In this document: positions 22,380 through 36,149 of the stretch, piece by piece
Layout: the number at the start of each line of letters is the position of its first letter
Position numbering within the stretch: the first letter of the stretch is position 1
Assembly (NCBI RefSeq): GCF_009834535.1
Contig: NC_045697.1
Coordinates: 58,034,001 to 58,098,000 of the forward strand
DNA from: Camelus ferus
Lineage: Eukaryota
Length of the DNA: 64,000 nt
Reading direction: 5' to 3'
Notes under the pieces: generated by a model
The model's database searches: none
Told to the model about the DNA's origin: nothing
Seen by the model: the letters and a program-made list of their open reading frames with translations, nothing else
Program-made: the position numbers and the translations under genes

Positions 22380-23140
22380 AAACTCAAAATCTAGAGGAAA
22401 GGAAGAAATACATGCTGGGTTCAGAAGTATGCCCAGAGAGAATCAGAACCACTAGCCTATACCCCAAGTTCCTAAAATACAGAAGTTATCTGAAACAGAG
22501 GCTTCATTTGAACAACAGAGAATGCCTCACAAGTTCTCCTTCTTTTATCAAATACTGAGTATAAAGTAACTTGTGAAAGACAGATCTTCTCTGAGCCCTA
22601 GTCAAATGAGGAAACTTAAAGCTAAAAGGAGAGCAATCATCAGAAAACAAAATCTAGCAAACCATCTCCCATACTGAACACAAGTTATCACTAGAGGTAT
22701 TTGAAGCCAGTGATGTACTGTAGGAGAATAATGATGCAAGCAATAAACCTCAAACCTAACTCAACTCCAAATTAGATTGTATCACACCCTGCCCAACAAC
22801 AAAAGGAAAACATTTCCAGATGTAACGTCTGTGTACTTCACTTCTCGCTGTCCTATAAATGATGTCTAGCTTTCAGCAAAAATTTATGAGAAATATTAAA
22901 TAGCAAGGAAAAAAATTACTCCTAAGAGACAAATCAATCATCAGAACCGGATCCATGTATACCACAGATGCTGGAATTATTGCATAGGGAATTTTAAATA
23001 ACTATAATTAAAATGTTAAATGCTCTAAAGGAAAAATGAACAACGTGTAGCATCAGATAGGCAATTTCAAAAGAGAAATGGAACCTTTAAGAAAGAACCA
23101 AATGGAAATGCAAACATGGTAGAAAGAGATGAAGAATGAA
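22380..23140 (+). mobile_element. Old L1M 5' region / start of ORF1
   Basis: cagatgctggaattattgcatagggaattttaaataactataattaaaatgtta...ttcaaaagagaaatggaacctttaagaaagaaccaaatggaaatgc is typical early L1M ORF1. Confidence 0.75.
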
Positions 23141-24229
23141 GTCTTTCAAGACCTCCTGCTGTAAAAATATGCTTAAAAAGATTGTCCAGCACAAAGACAG
23201 TACCACTGCTCAGAGATGTGCAGGAGTGAGAGAACCATCCAGGGATTATCTCCCACAGTTCAAATTAGAATGACTATGCAATGGTTCTACAGAGAGTCAA
23301 AATATTATTGTATCATTCTCTGTACTTTTATTATGAATGTTTAAAATATTTCATAGCTTAAATTAATGTTTAAAGCATATAATTGTTTTAAGGCAATATT
23401 TAAACTCAAACTCTCCTACATTTTTCTAAATGGGACAGTAGTGCCACATCAATCAATCAAGAGATCTGTAGTCCAGTGCTAGAATTCCTTTCGGAAATTA
23501 AACTTGATATTCCATGTCAGGACCTGACCTTGAGCCACCAGTGTTTAAAAACAAGCTCTATCAGCTAGAGTTTACCAAAATAATGAACCAGACAACTTTT
23601 AATTTTAATCAATCCACTCAGATACAACTGAATTAACTGTGAAGATGTGTATATGTAAATATATATATGCACCATACTTTTGTTAACCTATTTGACAGCA
23701 ATAGAGGTCTATCTATTAACTAAATTAAAAAATGCAAAAAATACTTAAGGACTGGTTTATGTTTTATGTGTAATCAGAACCATCATATACTTTTATATAT
23801 ATATATACACATATATGTGTGTATGCTATATATATGAGCTGTGTACATATCAGCATAATATACAGATTAAGAAATAGAGGTTCCGTTGTTTTTAAATTGT
23901 TTAATGACATTCTTTCAAGTTATACTACATTTTTTTCTATCAGTTATATAAATATATAATTAAAATACATGTAACATGTAATTTTAAAAAATGATATATA
24001 ATAAAGAGGAATATATAAGAGTTTAAATACAAGGGATGATGTCAATAACACATACATAATAGGTTAATTTCTTTATATAATCTCTATTGTATGTATATGT
24101 ACATCTATATTTGTATATAGATGTTGGCATAATCAATCTATATATAGATAAATATAAAGAGATTCAATACTTTTAAATTGGCCCTTGACATTCCTACAAG
24201 GGTTGTATTATTTACAAAGATACACATAA

Positions 24230-24244
24230 ATATATATATATATA

Positions 24245-24283
<39 letters not shown>
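24230..24283. repeat. (TA)n microsatellite in AT-rich old L1 sequence
   Basis: Direct observation. Confidence 0.95.
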
Positions 24284-24286
<3 letters not shown>

Positions 24287-24299
24287 TGCCTATATTTAT

Positions 24300-25220
24300 A
24301 CAATTATTCAATTGGTAGACATCATATAACATGCATATTTTCTCATTTTTGCTTCCATGAACAATTTGCAGTAAAATCCTTGTACATATGTAGTTAAGAA
24401 TGTGAATGTATAAACATACATACATATACACGCAAACACAAAAATGATCAAAGTAGAATTTATGGGTAAAATGTGCATATATTTTTAAAAATTTAAAGAT
24501 ATTAATAGCATAGACCATTGAAATTGCAGGAAGGTGTTAAAAATTCCAGAGTAACAGACATATGTATAAACATTTTTTTACTCACCTACTTTGCCATTGG
24601 AGGGGGAAGTGTAGTGACAAAGTCTTGTCACCAGATCTAGAACCTCAATCCTAGCAAATTGTTTTACAGAAAAATTATAGCAATTTACACTCCCACTAGA
24701 CGTATGTGAACATATTTATTTCTGTAAACAGCATCATCAGCCAATGGATGTTACTGTCTTTTTTTCCTCTGACTTTACTGGTGAAAATTGTATTATGTTA
24801 TTATTTTAATTTTTATTTACTTGACATTTAGTAAGACTGAACAAATTTTTATATATTTTACTGGTAAAGTGATTTCACTTATTTTAAATTATATATCAAT
24901 TATATATTTTCTTTTTAGGTTAATTTATTCCTCATCGATTATAAGGAATTCTTGTTATATTATTCATATTGACTTTATTAGTCACTTTATTTGCGACTCA
25001 TTTATGTTGTCCATTTCCATAAAAATATTTAATTTCAAGCATTTAAATATGTCTACATTTAGATGTACTAAGGATGTTTTATGGCTTTTCTCTTTCTATA
25101 CACAGTTTCATTTATTTGAATTACACATTTGTGATCATAGAATTTTATCTTACTTTTTTACAAACTATCTCACAACCATATTTCGATGTTATGCACTACC
25201 TCTTCATGAATATCAATTAT
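24300..25220 (-). mobile_element. Highly degenerate L1ME/L1MC fragments
   Basis: gcaatttacactcccactagacgtatgtga..., ttattttaatttttatttacttgacatttagtaagactgaac are antisense L1 ORF2 end motifs. Confidence 0.6.
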
Positions 25221-26419
25221 AACATCAGTCATGTTTTGAGAGAAGACGAATAGGATTAAACTATCTTGTAAGCTTCTGGAATGTACATACTGTGTGCACC
25301 CAACTGAAAACAGAACATATGCATGCCAGGCCAAGACAAACGTTTGTTATGCAACTTGATAAACATAACTTATATTCTTGCCCAAGAGAGGGACCATCCC
25401 ACCTCTGAAAAAATACATGCTAGCCAGGTTCAATTTCAATTTTCTAAAGACGGAAAAATGTTTAGGCCTGTTCAAGCAACCACATGCATAATTGAATTTC
25501 TTAAATTCTGCACCACAAAGCATGGAGGGTAAGATTTTAGCCAGGAATATTTTTAGAACAGATGTTGTTGGTTGTCTATCTTAAATTGTTCTATCAAATG
25601 TATGATTTTGAATAGTTATGCTTCTTGTATGGTCCTGCCAGGATAAGTCAGCAGCAAAATGTATCAACAGTTAGCTTAGTAAACTGAGTGAGTATCATTC
25701 ACCATTTAAGATTGCATACTATCTTCAAAGACAATAGTTTTCTTCCTTCCACTGCACTTTCTGACACTAAAGAAAAAGATCATATGGTTTTCCAAACAAC
25801 TACTGGTTTAGAATAGAAAAACTATACCTCAGTATAGAACAAAGATATTTTCATATTTACTATAGCAATAGCATACAAATGCAGTTTTTGCTAAAAGCTT
25901 ATCAGGTATGTTTATAGTAATAAGCTTTAAACTGGAAATATGGTTCCTTGAATGTTTGTCAGACTGATGTTTATCACAAAACTCAAGGAAGAATAATCTC
26001 TTAAAAAATTGCTAAAGAACACATGAAAGGAGAACTGAAGTAGTGTTTCATTTTATAACACTTGCACTGAAATCTGATAATTTGCAAGAACATTTTCACT
26101 CATTTTGATCTCATAGTAGTTTTTAAACTGTAAGCTTTGAAACACTTTTGCTAATCGTGAGTCAATGAAGAGCTGATATAATTGGATCCATAAATATTTT
26201 CTAACCATAGGAACACACTGATAACAGATTGATGAGTGTCAATGACAACACTTAGGATCTTGGCTATTATCAGCGTAAACTGATAATAAGAAAAGAAAAA
26301 AGAAAGAACAGCAGGAACGCTTTAAACCAATTGGGCCTCTCATATATTTGGTAGATTTTCAAACCAGACTGGGAGCTTACTGAGGAAGAAATAGACCTGG
26401 AAATTTTTAAATTTTTAAA

Positions 26420-26600
26420 TACTAATATTTATTACATATTTACATTATGCTGGAGCTCTACTAAGAATGTTATCTGTATATTGACTTTAATCCTGACAAC
26501 AGCCAAATGTGTTGGACAACTTCCTTAAAGGAATTCACAAAGCTAAAGTATGAATTCACATCTGTCTGACTTCAAAATCCACACTTTTAACAATTACATA
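26420..26600 (-). mobile_element. MIR fragment
   Basis: ttcacatctgtctgacttcaaaatccacacttttaac. Confidence 0.6.
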
Positions 26601-26969
26601 AAAGTATATACTAAATAGTGTGTAGTATGTTATTGCTAGATTTGCCATTTTTCCTGTGTGAAATTTTTCTCTTATTACTCAGATTTCTTATCAAAACAAG
26701 AGTTGAGTTATAAATCTTTGATTACTCTAACAGAAAGTGGAAAAAAGGCTTCTAATATTTCTATCACATATAGTTTGGAACAAAGATTTTTCTCAAAAAA
26801 CTGTTGAATAGGAATATTTATTATTTATATGTGTAACCAGAAAAAGATCAAAGTAATTTTTGATAAATTTAAAAAACAGACATTCAAAGCAGAAATGTAT
26901 GAAGTTTTGATTTTAGAGTCTGATTATAAGATTAGAACAATCTGCACACCAACAGTCTTCTTGTATGTA

Positions 26970-27300
26970 TCCATTCATCATTCATTTATTCATTTAACAG
27001 AATAGGGCTTTTTAAGCAATGTGGTCATAAAGATGGGTAAGACATATTTTCTTGCCTTAAGACACATTTTAATCTAATTATAATACCGTGGGATTTAAAA
27101 TAAAATAAATAAAAGATGATTAAAAACAAAGTACTGTGCACTAAATAATAAAGTGACTATTTCCACATAATACATTTGGGGACTCTTTCAAATAAGTGTT
27201 AGGTGAGATAAAACTTTGACGTTTATAAGGTACAAAGATGGAGCCTGTTCTTGAAATAGGAAACAATGTAGTCAACTAATGGTTCATAATAGTGTTCATG
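26970..27300 (-). mobile_element. L2 3' end fragment
   Basis: cattcatcattcatttattcatttaac...taagacatattttcttgccttaag. Confidence 0.55.
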
Positions 27301-28269
27301 GTCACAGAACACATTTTTATCACCTCTACACAAAACCCCACCAATACACCCAATCTGTCATCAAATTGCATTTTTTCTATAACCAAAAGCAACAATGCAT
27401 TACTTTCCAAAAGTAGGTACTTTGAGAGAATATTAGTATCAGTGAAATATAGTTATTTAATATGAGTTGCACTCATAAAACCTTATTTTGAGTTTTTAGT
27501 AAATTATTGATAAAGAAGGTTTAAAATAATAAGAAAGAATTTTGCTTCAGTAAGGCAGACTAGGTAGTTTGGGTAATTTGTAACAAGTCTTTGAGGTGCT
27601 TTTGGTCAGAAACTGCAGATGGCCCAAGGAAAGAAATAAAAGACAACATTTAAAAAAAATAATAACAGCAACAAAAAGAACAAAACAACCAGAGAACCAC
27701 AACATGTATCTTCTTGAAAGCTCTTGGAAGTTTAAAAAAAAAAAAAACAGTGAGAAATTATAGGGCTAAGATCCAGGGGAAAGAAATTCAGAGAGGAGAA
27801 TCTCAAATTTTTCCTATTTATTTCCCAGGGGCATATGTGGATTATAGAGACGAAATGGTCTGTGATGCTGTTCCATTTGGAAGAGTACTCCTCGTGATTT
27901 ATATCTCTTCAATTGGGTAGTAATGAAGTGGCAATGCCTACTGGTTCTTACTGGGAAGTGTTTCTATTTTCCCCAGTAGGATTTAAGGAATTATCTCATG
28001 TATCTTCTTTGGGCTATTCTTTCTTTCTCTCTCTCTCACTCCCTCTCTCTCTCTCCCTGTCTCCCTCCCCAATCACTTGCTCTCTAATTGGAGATATGTT
28101 TTAATAAAAATCAATATATTGCTTTTCTAAAAATTCCATATATAACAATCCACACTCCCAAACAAAATATTTATCTCAATCTAAATTAGAAGTCACTGTA
28201 AAGAGGGTAGAAGCACATTAGTCCTCCTTAGTAAATATCTCCATTAAAAAAAAGGATGAAAAGTGAATG

Positions 28270-28450
28270 AATAAAACATGAATTTTAATACCAGTCCTGT
28301 CACTATCTGCCAATGTGATCCTGGCAAAGTGTCCTAGACTCCCTGTACCTTAGTTTATCCTCCAAAATTAGGAATATTAATATTATTCTCTCCAAGATTT
28401 TTGTAAGGATCAAATAAGACAATGTAGAGGAAGTCTTCCGTCAACCATAG
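28270..28450 (+). mobile_element. MIR SINE
   Basis: gtgatcctggcaaagtg...ctgtaccttagtttatcctc...ttgtaaggatcaaataagacaatg. Confidence 0.75.
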
Positions 28451-29639
28451 GTCATTTTTTACCCCAAATTAAAACATAGGTTAAATATAAGGAAAAAAAG
28501 GCTCTACAGAAGAAAACTTCCTTAAGTCATTCCCAACTGACAACTGGTTTTTAGGAAAATAATCTGCCCTTCCTAAGCACCGCATGTTTGCCACTCTCCT
28601 TCCCTTGAACTTTAAGATTCCAGTTATGAGTACTATTAAACTATGTTGATGGTAGGAATAACAACATTTTTTATAATTAACATTATTTAAGTTATTCTTA
28701 TTTAATTTATATTAATTTAAATGTAAACATTAAGTATAAAACACCACCAGCTCTTGACTGCTGATCTAAATGAGTCTTTCAATAGTGAACCAAAGTGACC
28801 CAATGAGAATATTGTATTATTCTTGTGCATACATTTTTTCTCAGTGTTTCCTGTCTTGGCTTAGAGTCTCATTTCTTTAAAAAGTCTCTTGCAAAAAATG
28901 ATTTTATGAATCATATTATCTGAGGAAGAAATTTTGTAAGTGGTACCATGACTGACCTGCCATTCACAAACTGGCATGAAGGTATAGATTAATTCTAAAT
29001 GTAAAAATTAAAAATTAGATTTGTAATGAGTCTTAAAGCATATCAGTAGGAATAATATAAATGTAAAAGTTTTCTCTTGTACCCATTATCAGGATAAATA
29101 CAAACAAGAGTGTGTAGAGGGTATAAAATTGGTCAAAAAACAAAACTCTCTAAAAAAATCTGTTTGAAGAAATGCCGGTTATCCATAGTCCCCTTTGCAT
29201 CCTGGCAACTACTGAGAGGTGGAAAGGGAAGACAGGGCTTGGAAAGGTTTCTTTAATGCATCTGGTAGTACTTTTAACAATTATTATTAGCACTTTTAAC
29301 AATTATTGAAAGGTTGCTATATCACAGACACCAACTCTACTCATCACTTTAGCTACTCGGCCACAAGTTCCAGTTACTTTAGTCACCAATTATCCCCCGC
29401 TGCATTCAGGGTCAAGGAGACCTTTTTGATTAAGGCAGCCCTAGCAGTTCAAGGAGATTTTCTCCCCTGCCAGACATCTTAACTCGTTGCTGCTTGTCTC
29501 AGACTCACTCCAAGTTCTTTGGGGACCAGAACTGCCGTTTCTCTGTTTCACCTGAACAGCACCACAGGAACACTATCTCCAGGCCTGCACAATACAGTTA
29601 CCTTCTTATCAGGCTATACCATGGTGCTGGGTTTTATAG

Positions 29640-30094
29640 GGTATGTTGTTTTCCTAGGAATGCTGTAACAAACTGCCACCAACGGCATGGCTTAAAACAA
29701 CAGAAATTGTCTCACATTTCTGGAGGCTCAAAGTCCAAAATCAAGGTGTTGACAAGGCCAGGCTCCCTCTGAAACTGTAGGGGAGGAGAATCTTCCTTGC
29801 CTCTTCCTAGCTTTTGGTGATCTGCAACAATGCTTAGCATTCCTTGGCTTGCTCCTGCAGCATTTCAATCTCTGCCTCTGTTGTCACATGGCCCCACTTT
29901 GTCTCTGTTTCCATATGGCATTTTCTGCTTCTTATAAAGACAAACACGAGTTATACTCGATTAGGGCCACCCTAATGACTTCAGCTTAACTGCATCACAT
30001 CTGCAAAGACCCAACTTCCAAATAAGATCATATTCTCAGGTACCAGGGATTAAGACATAAACATATCTTTTAGGGGAACAATTCAACCTATAAT
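29640..30094 (-). mobile_element. MaLR solo LTR (MLT1B/C-like)
   Basis: gctgtaacaaactgccac...ggcttaaaacaacagaaatt...tctggaggc...aagtccaaaatcaaggtgttg...catctgcaaagaccc...caattcaacctataa. Confidence 0.85.
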
Positions 30095-30239
30095 AAAGGA
30101 CTAGTGACACTAGGGATGCTTTTCCTCAGTCCTTAGCACCATGTCCTTTGGCAGCTTGCCAACTTCAATTCTTATGAGACAGCCAGATAACTATACTCCT
30201 CAATTCTCCTCAGTTACTTTGGGGTAAAAGGAAGAATGG

Positions 30240-30690
30240 ATTATTCACTTTTCTGCACTACAGTTTATATCCACAGCCTCTGCCACGTAGTTTTGCAGTA
30301 CCATCCCACTAGAGCTAACACATGCTTTCCTGCCCCAGTGAGGTAAGTCTTGCCCGTACAACTTGCTTGGCCAATGAAGTTTAGTGGGTTCATTGGAAGA
30401 CTAAACTACACTTGCTTGATTTAGCTTAGTTCTTGATTCCTGCTATAACTCATGTGAAGAACACATCCCAGGTATTCACTGCTCAACAAAGAATGAGGAA
30501 CATATGGAACGGTCTGATCCAGTCTTTAATCTGTAAACCAACCCAGCAGATCAGCAGATTAGAGTACGGTCGTCCACCCTATTGACCCACAAAACTCTGA
30601 GCAAGAGAAATAAGTACTTGTTTTTGTAATCCCCTGAATATTGGGGTGGTTTGCTTCACAGCATTGTTATAGTAACAACTGACCGAGTAT
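30240..30690 (+). mobile_element. MaLR LTR (MLT1I/J-like)
   Basis: acttgcttggccaatgaagt...gagcaagagaaataagtacttgtttttgtaatcccctga...ggggtggtttgcttcacagcatt. Confidence 0.7.
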
Positions 30691-31010
30691 GTTCTGCTGT
30701 GTTCTGACGATTCAAGACATATGCCTACTTTATCACTCCTTCTCTAAAAATGTCTTGATTGATTTTGCAGGTTCTTTCTATTAAACATTATGCCAGGTTT
30801 AATTTATTGAGAGAACTACTCAATATTAAAAGAAACACGTCTGTTTTATGTCCTATTTATTTCAGAAATTATACTTCTGATATTATGATGATCACAATTG
30901 GCCTATCACAAATTCTACTGAAATGAACGTCCCATGGAAGTTAACAGAAAGAAACAGAAGAGTCTAAAGCGATGGGCATGTGTGAAATAATTACAGGGAT
31001 CTCTTAGAGG

Positions 31011-31139
31011 TAAGGTGACCATATAATTAATCATACCCTCTGAAACAGCTTTGAGAATAGAAGGGGATGCTCTTAATGGTTATATCATAATCAGGCATAA
31101 ACCAGACTTCTGAACATCCTGGCATGTATGATCACCGTT
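31011..31139. mobile_element. MER94-like hAT-Blackjack MITE
   Basis: Terminal inverted repeats aaggtgaccatat ... gtatgatcaccgt; interior matches my recollection of MER94. Confidence 0.7.
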
Positions 31140-31609
31140 TTTATAGCAAAACAACATTGAAGCACATAGAGTTTAATTTTAATCGTTGCCCATTCAACCC
31201 CTTAATGTCTGGCATATAAATGCTGGTTAAGATATTTGTATTTAGATTTCCAAGATACAGAAATCAGAAAGAGTAACTCCAGAGAACTTCCAATGGGAAA
31301 AGTAGCCACTAATCTTTTTGGATATGTATCAGTTAACAGAATCTGTATTTATTGTTAGAGCAACTCTTAGGAAGATTCATGAAGAAAATATTTCAGAAAG
31401 AGTTCAGGCTCTTCAGGAAGCAGGTTAATTTCCTGTTGACATTTTCAATTCCAGGAATACACAGAACTGGTTCCTTATTAGCTAGAAGGATAACAAATCC
31501 AAATCACATGTCTTTTAGCCTTATATCCCAATTCTCAAAGCCATCAACACTAGTTTTCAGAATAAAAAGATGATTCAGCTCTCTATTTTTTTGTTTTCCT
31601 GCTCTAGCC

Positions 31610-33008
31610 CAGAAGTTCTCAATGTACAATTTGAGAATCCTAGGTATTCCTAACACTTGTTCAGGAAGTAGGTAAGATCAAACTGTTTCATGATAATATG
31701 AAGAAATTATTTATCACTTCAGTATGTTGACATTACAATCATGTGGAAAAGCAAAGTAGGTAAAACTGGTAGGATCCTAGCACAAATCAAAGGAATAACT
31801 TAAATCTGTAGGAGCAGTTATGCATTCTTTCTTACCACGCACTTGCAATGAAAACAATTGCAAATTGCAACTGAGAATGTCCTTGGGAAAGCAGTAAATA
31901 TATTGATTTTATTAAATCTCAATTCTTGAGAACCTATCTTTTAAATTTTCTGTGCAATGCCTACAAGAAATACACATGAAGCATTTCTACTAAAGTGCAA
32001 TAGCTATCTCACAGAAAACTTGCATGAAAATTCGTTTACTTATGTGACTGAACCAAAAGCAAGCACGTTTTTTCATGGAACACATTGTTATTTGAAAGGA
32101 TGTCTGATACACAAACTATGGGTATTGAGACTTGGGTCTCTGGCAGACATTTCTTTAAAAATGAACAAAGTGAGTCTGTCATGCTAAGGAAAGCAAGTGA
32201 TGGGTGTGTTGCCAGGCTTCAAGGAAAATTTGAATCTATTTGAAAATGCCTACCTACTCCCATGAATGTAAAAGTTCCTAATAGGTAAAGAACTTTCAGA
32301 GACAGTAAGAGGTAATAATAATAAAGATGATATTTTGATATTTGATTTAATACTATGCCAAAAATTGGAAGATTCCATAACTCAGTGAACAAATAACTTC
32401 CCAAATGGCCAGTGTATGATATAACAAAATAATGCACAGAGAAATGATATACTCAAAGTGCAAGAGTTACTTTAAGGTAACACTGTTTAAAAAGCTCATT
32501 GATATTGTTTAACGTACTTTATTAATTTTATTAATTCTTTATTATTTGCCTAAGAAATTACTACATGTTGAGTTCTGATGTAGAATTAAAGAATATTCCA
32601 AAATATGTGAAAAAGTTATTGAAATATTTTCTCCTTCAATGACATTATCTGTGTAAAGCTAGATTTTCATGTTCAGCAACCAAAATAATATAGTAGGGTG
32701 AATCCAGAGACATATAGAATAATCCATGTGTCCTCTACTATACCAGAGAGCAAAGAGATTTGCAAAAATATTTTAAAAATATTATTCTATCATGAATTAC
32801 TTTTATTTTGAAAATTAGTTATTTAATTTTTTAAAATGTGCACACTATAGTGAATTTACTACTATTCATGCTTTGAAATTTGATTTTAATTTCCATCGTA
32901 ATAAATATCGATAGATATAACTCATATGAATAAAAGCTTTTCTGTGGCACTCAACAATTTCTTAACACAATAAAAGAGTCCTAAAAGCATAAATTTTGAT
33001 TACCATTG
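31610..33008 (+). mobile_element. Charlie1a-like hAT DNA transposon, near full length
   Basis: Termini cagaagttctcaa ... tttgattaccattg; 8-bp TSD ctctagcc (31602-31609) vs ctctagtc (33009-33016); decayed hAT transposase text (LGSLADISLKMNKVSLS). Confidence 0.85.
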
Positions 33009-34345
33009 CTCTAGTCAAAACATTTCTGTCTCTTCTAGATTCTGTTTTGTTTTGTTTTGTTTTTTAATTGATGAAGATATAGAGCTAAAAATCACCTTTT
33101 ATTTTCTAAAAACCCTGCTGTGCATAATCCCAATTCTAGTCAACTCTTGCTTAATTCTTATTTTAAGAAGAACATTAATAAAATTTACACCATAAAATTA
33201 TCTGTTGGAAGCCCTGAACTGATGGTAGCAAAATCAATTTGTTGAGGTTTATGTAAAGTACAGGCCAAAGTAAAGGGGCAGTGATATGATTATGATTCTT
33301 CTGTTGTGTCTTTTCTATGAAATGTGATGTGAAATTAGAAGAGTTACACTGTGGATTTCTCCTCTGGATGAGATTATGCACCCATTTCCATTTCCTTATC
33401 TATTGTGAGCTGCTTTCAAATTGTTTAAGTAATGGGTTGCATAGCTAATGTATTTGTTCAGGAAGAAAAGGAATTATTTTTGACATACATTAAGAAAAAT
33501 AGTTCTGATATGTTCTTGGGATTAAACTTATTTTTTGCCCCCTAGTTTGGGGATAGTGACTTTTCAACCTATTTTTTTGTTGTTATTTTATTTCATTTTT
33601 TTGACATTTGGGAACTCAGTGATATGATTAAAAACTCTCAGTTTCTTTGTGTTCTGACCTAATGCTTAAAGATTTCATTGAGGAATTTACTGTTCCCTGG
33701 TGACTTATTGCAGACTCAGTTTCAAGGGAAAATGAATTAACTTAAGTTTCCCAGTTTTAGGCATATTCTGTTCCCTACACACCTCACTCCCTCACATATG
33801 ACTCCCTATGCTGTACATGTAAAAGACAAAAAAGCTTTAAAAGACCTTAGAGAAACATAGAAAAAATGGATTAAATGAATTTAAAAATATGATATTCCTG
33901 TATATAAAATTCAAGAACAAACTCAGATGAACAAGCGTATTCTTCGATAAGCTGAAAGGCTAAAAGTGGATGGGAGGTGTTCCAAACATTGCAAACCTTC
34001 ATATCTGCTGCTCAGATCCTTGTGGACTAAAGGCAGTGGATGTGTCTAGTCAGAATAATAGTAAAGGATTTTTTCTTACTCTGTGACTCAAACTTGTAAA
34101 TTGTATTGGAAATTAATATTTATAGGGATGTTCAATTTTTTATTCAGTATCTAGTAAGTCCCTGGCACTTACTAGACATGAAATGTATGTTTGTTGAATA
34201 AAAATCTGGACTTAGTTCCATGTTAGTTTTCTTCAACAAATTTCAACATGCAAAAAAAAAAAAAATGCACCTAGTATCCAAACACTACTTTTTCTTCAAG
34301 AAATCATTCCCAGGCCTGCATTGACCCTGAAAACATCCCTAGTAT

Positions 34346-34422
34346 CATCTTCTTCTTCCTCTTCCTCTTCCTCTTCCTCTTCTCCTTCCTCTTCTCCTTC
34401 TCCTTCTCCTTCTTCTTCTTCT
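34346..34422. repeat. Compound (TCT/TCC)n microsatellite
   Basis: Direct observation; it explains the poly-Glu ORF at 34296..34487. Confidence 0.95.
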
Positions 34423-36149
34423 TTTTTCTGCTCTGATTCCAACTGTTGGATGTAAAAATTGAATACATGTGTGATCTGGAAATACAACAGCTATGAACTT
34501 TGGCTGCTCTACTCAGACATGTGAGTACTTAAGTAATAAAAGGTTAATACTATACCAGGAAGAGCCAGGAACTCTTTTATTCCTGCTTAGTATAGAAGAG
34601 TCTAATGACAGCATGTGACAGAATACAACTTAGAAAATAATGTGTGCCAGAATTTTACCGAATACAAATATCCAAAGCTCCAGAAGTAAAGTAAAAGCTG
34701 CCTCAAGAAAGAGAAGGGGAACATAACTCCCCTGAAATCCTTTGAAATTCTTCCCTTTAAATGTTTTGTGGGACTTTGGCTGTCAAAATGGCAAAGCAGA
34801 CACAAAGTAGGGGGAATAATCGATGGAAGAGTTGTATTTTATTCTTGTAACTTGGGTTGCCGTAAAGCTTTGGGTAAAGAGTGAACGTCACAGCAGTGAA
34901 AGGTAAACATTGTTTGCTGTGAAGTGCTCACAATTCCAAGCTCAGCTGGAGGTGACTGTTGGTATATTGGTGCAATGCTAAGGACACGATGTGCAAGATT
35001 AGAACTCATTCAATGTTTCCATTCAACAACAAACTGTGAAGGTACAGTTATGCTTTGCAACCTCACTTTATAAAATAAGAAAAATAATATTATTCAGTTG
35101 ATCCTGTCAGCGAGGTTGGGAGCTTAGATCAGTTTCTTCAGCTCAGAATGAAAAAAGATCTACCGCGGATAGTCAGCAAATACAGTCTGAAAACAGACTA
35201 TACCTACTAAAGGGGGACTTAGACAGAGTTACTGAAACCAACAGAAAAAGAAATATCAGGAACTGCTGAAACGAAAACCCTGGAATATTTAGAAGATCAA
35301 AATAACTTTAGTTTAAAACTCTGGGGCTAAATTACTTAGAATGAAAATAAAATGTAAAAAATTATTTGATATACCACCATTGATGACTATAAAGAGTACT
35401 TCATGTTAACAAATATATCCACTTCAAAATTTCCTCACAATTGTAACTTTGAAATTCTCCTTTCTTGCAGGTTTATGAAGCTTTCAAGGCTATTTTTGCT
35501 TATCACCATGTATTTTTAGTCACAGATTTCATTTCCCTCATCTAGCTTTATTTTGCTTAGCCTTTGTAATCAGAGACAACATCTATTTCATATTTTATGA
35601 GTTCTCAGTCAACTTTTATTTCCTGTTGTAACTGACGGTCTTATTTAAATAATTAAAGTTGAAAAGTCATTTTAGCTTTCACAAATGAATACTTGAAAGA
35701 AAAATCAACTCAATTATAAATCACTAGTTTCTCCTAATGGTGTACTTGCTTAACTTAAATAAAAATGTATTTACCTTTAACAACTTAGCATATTTAATAT
35801 AGTCCAAAATATCTCAATGTATACTAGGTAGCACCTTATATTTTTAAATAAAATTTCCATGTAATATATACTAGTTTAAAGATCAAATTTTTAAGTTTTA
35901 GCGTGTGCTAGTAAATACTAATGAAAATATAGATACTACTATTATTAAAAAAGATACTAGTATTGGTAGAGTAGTTTTTACTGGACTTACTTTTGTGCAG
36001 ATGACAAGTACATATAACCTCTGGATAAAGCATAAAAGGCATTGTTAAGTGACCAAAATTAGACAGACATTCCAGAGAATTTGACTCTTGAAAGAAATAA
36101 ACCACAATGGATTAGATACATGTTTATACAGATTTTCCCCTTAAGGTAT

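Noticed and set aside
24138..25222. 126-aa and 144-aa hydrophobic ORFs
   Set aside because: AT-rich low-complexity and degenerate antisense L1; no splice or codon support.
34296..34487. Poly-Glu ORF
   Set aside because: Translation of a (TCC/TCT)n microsatellite.
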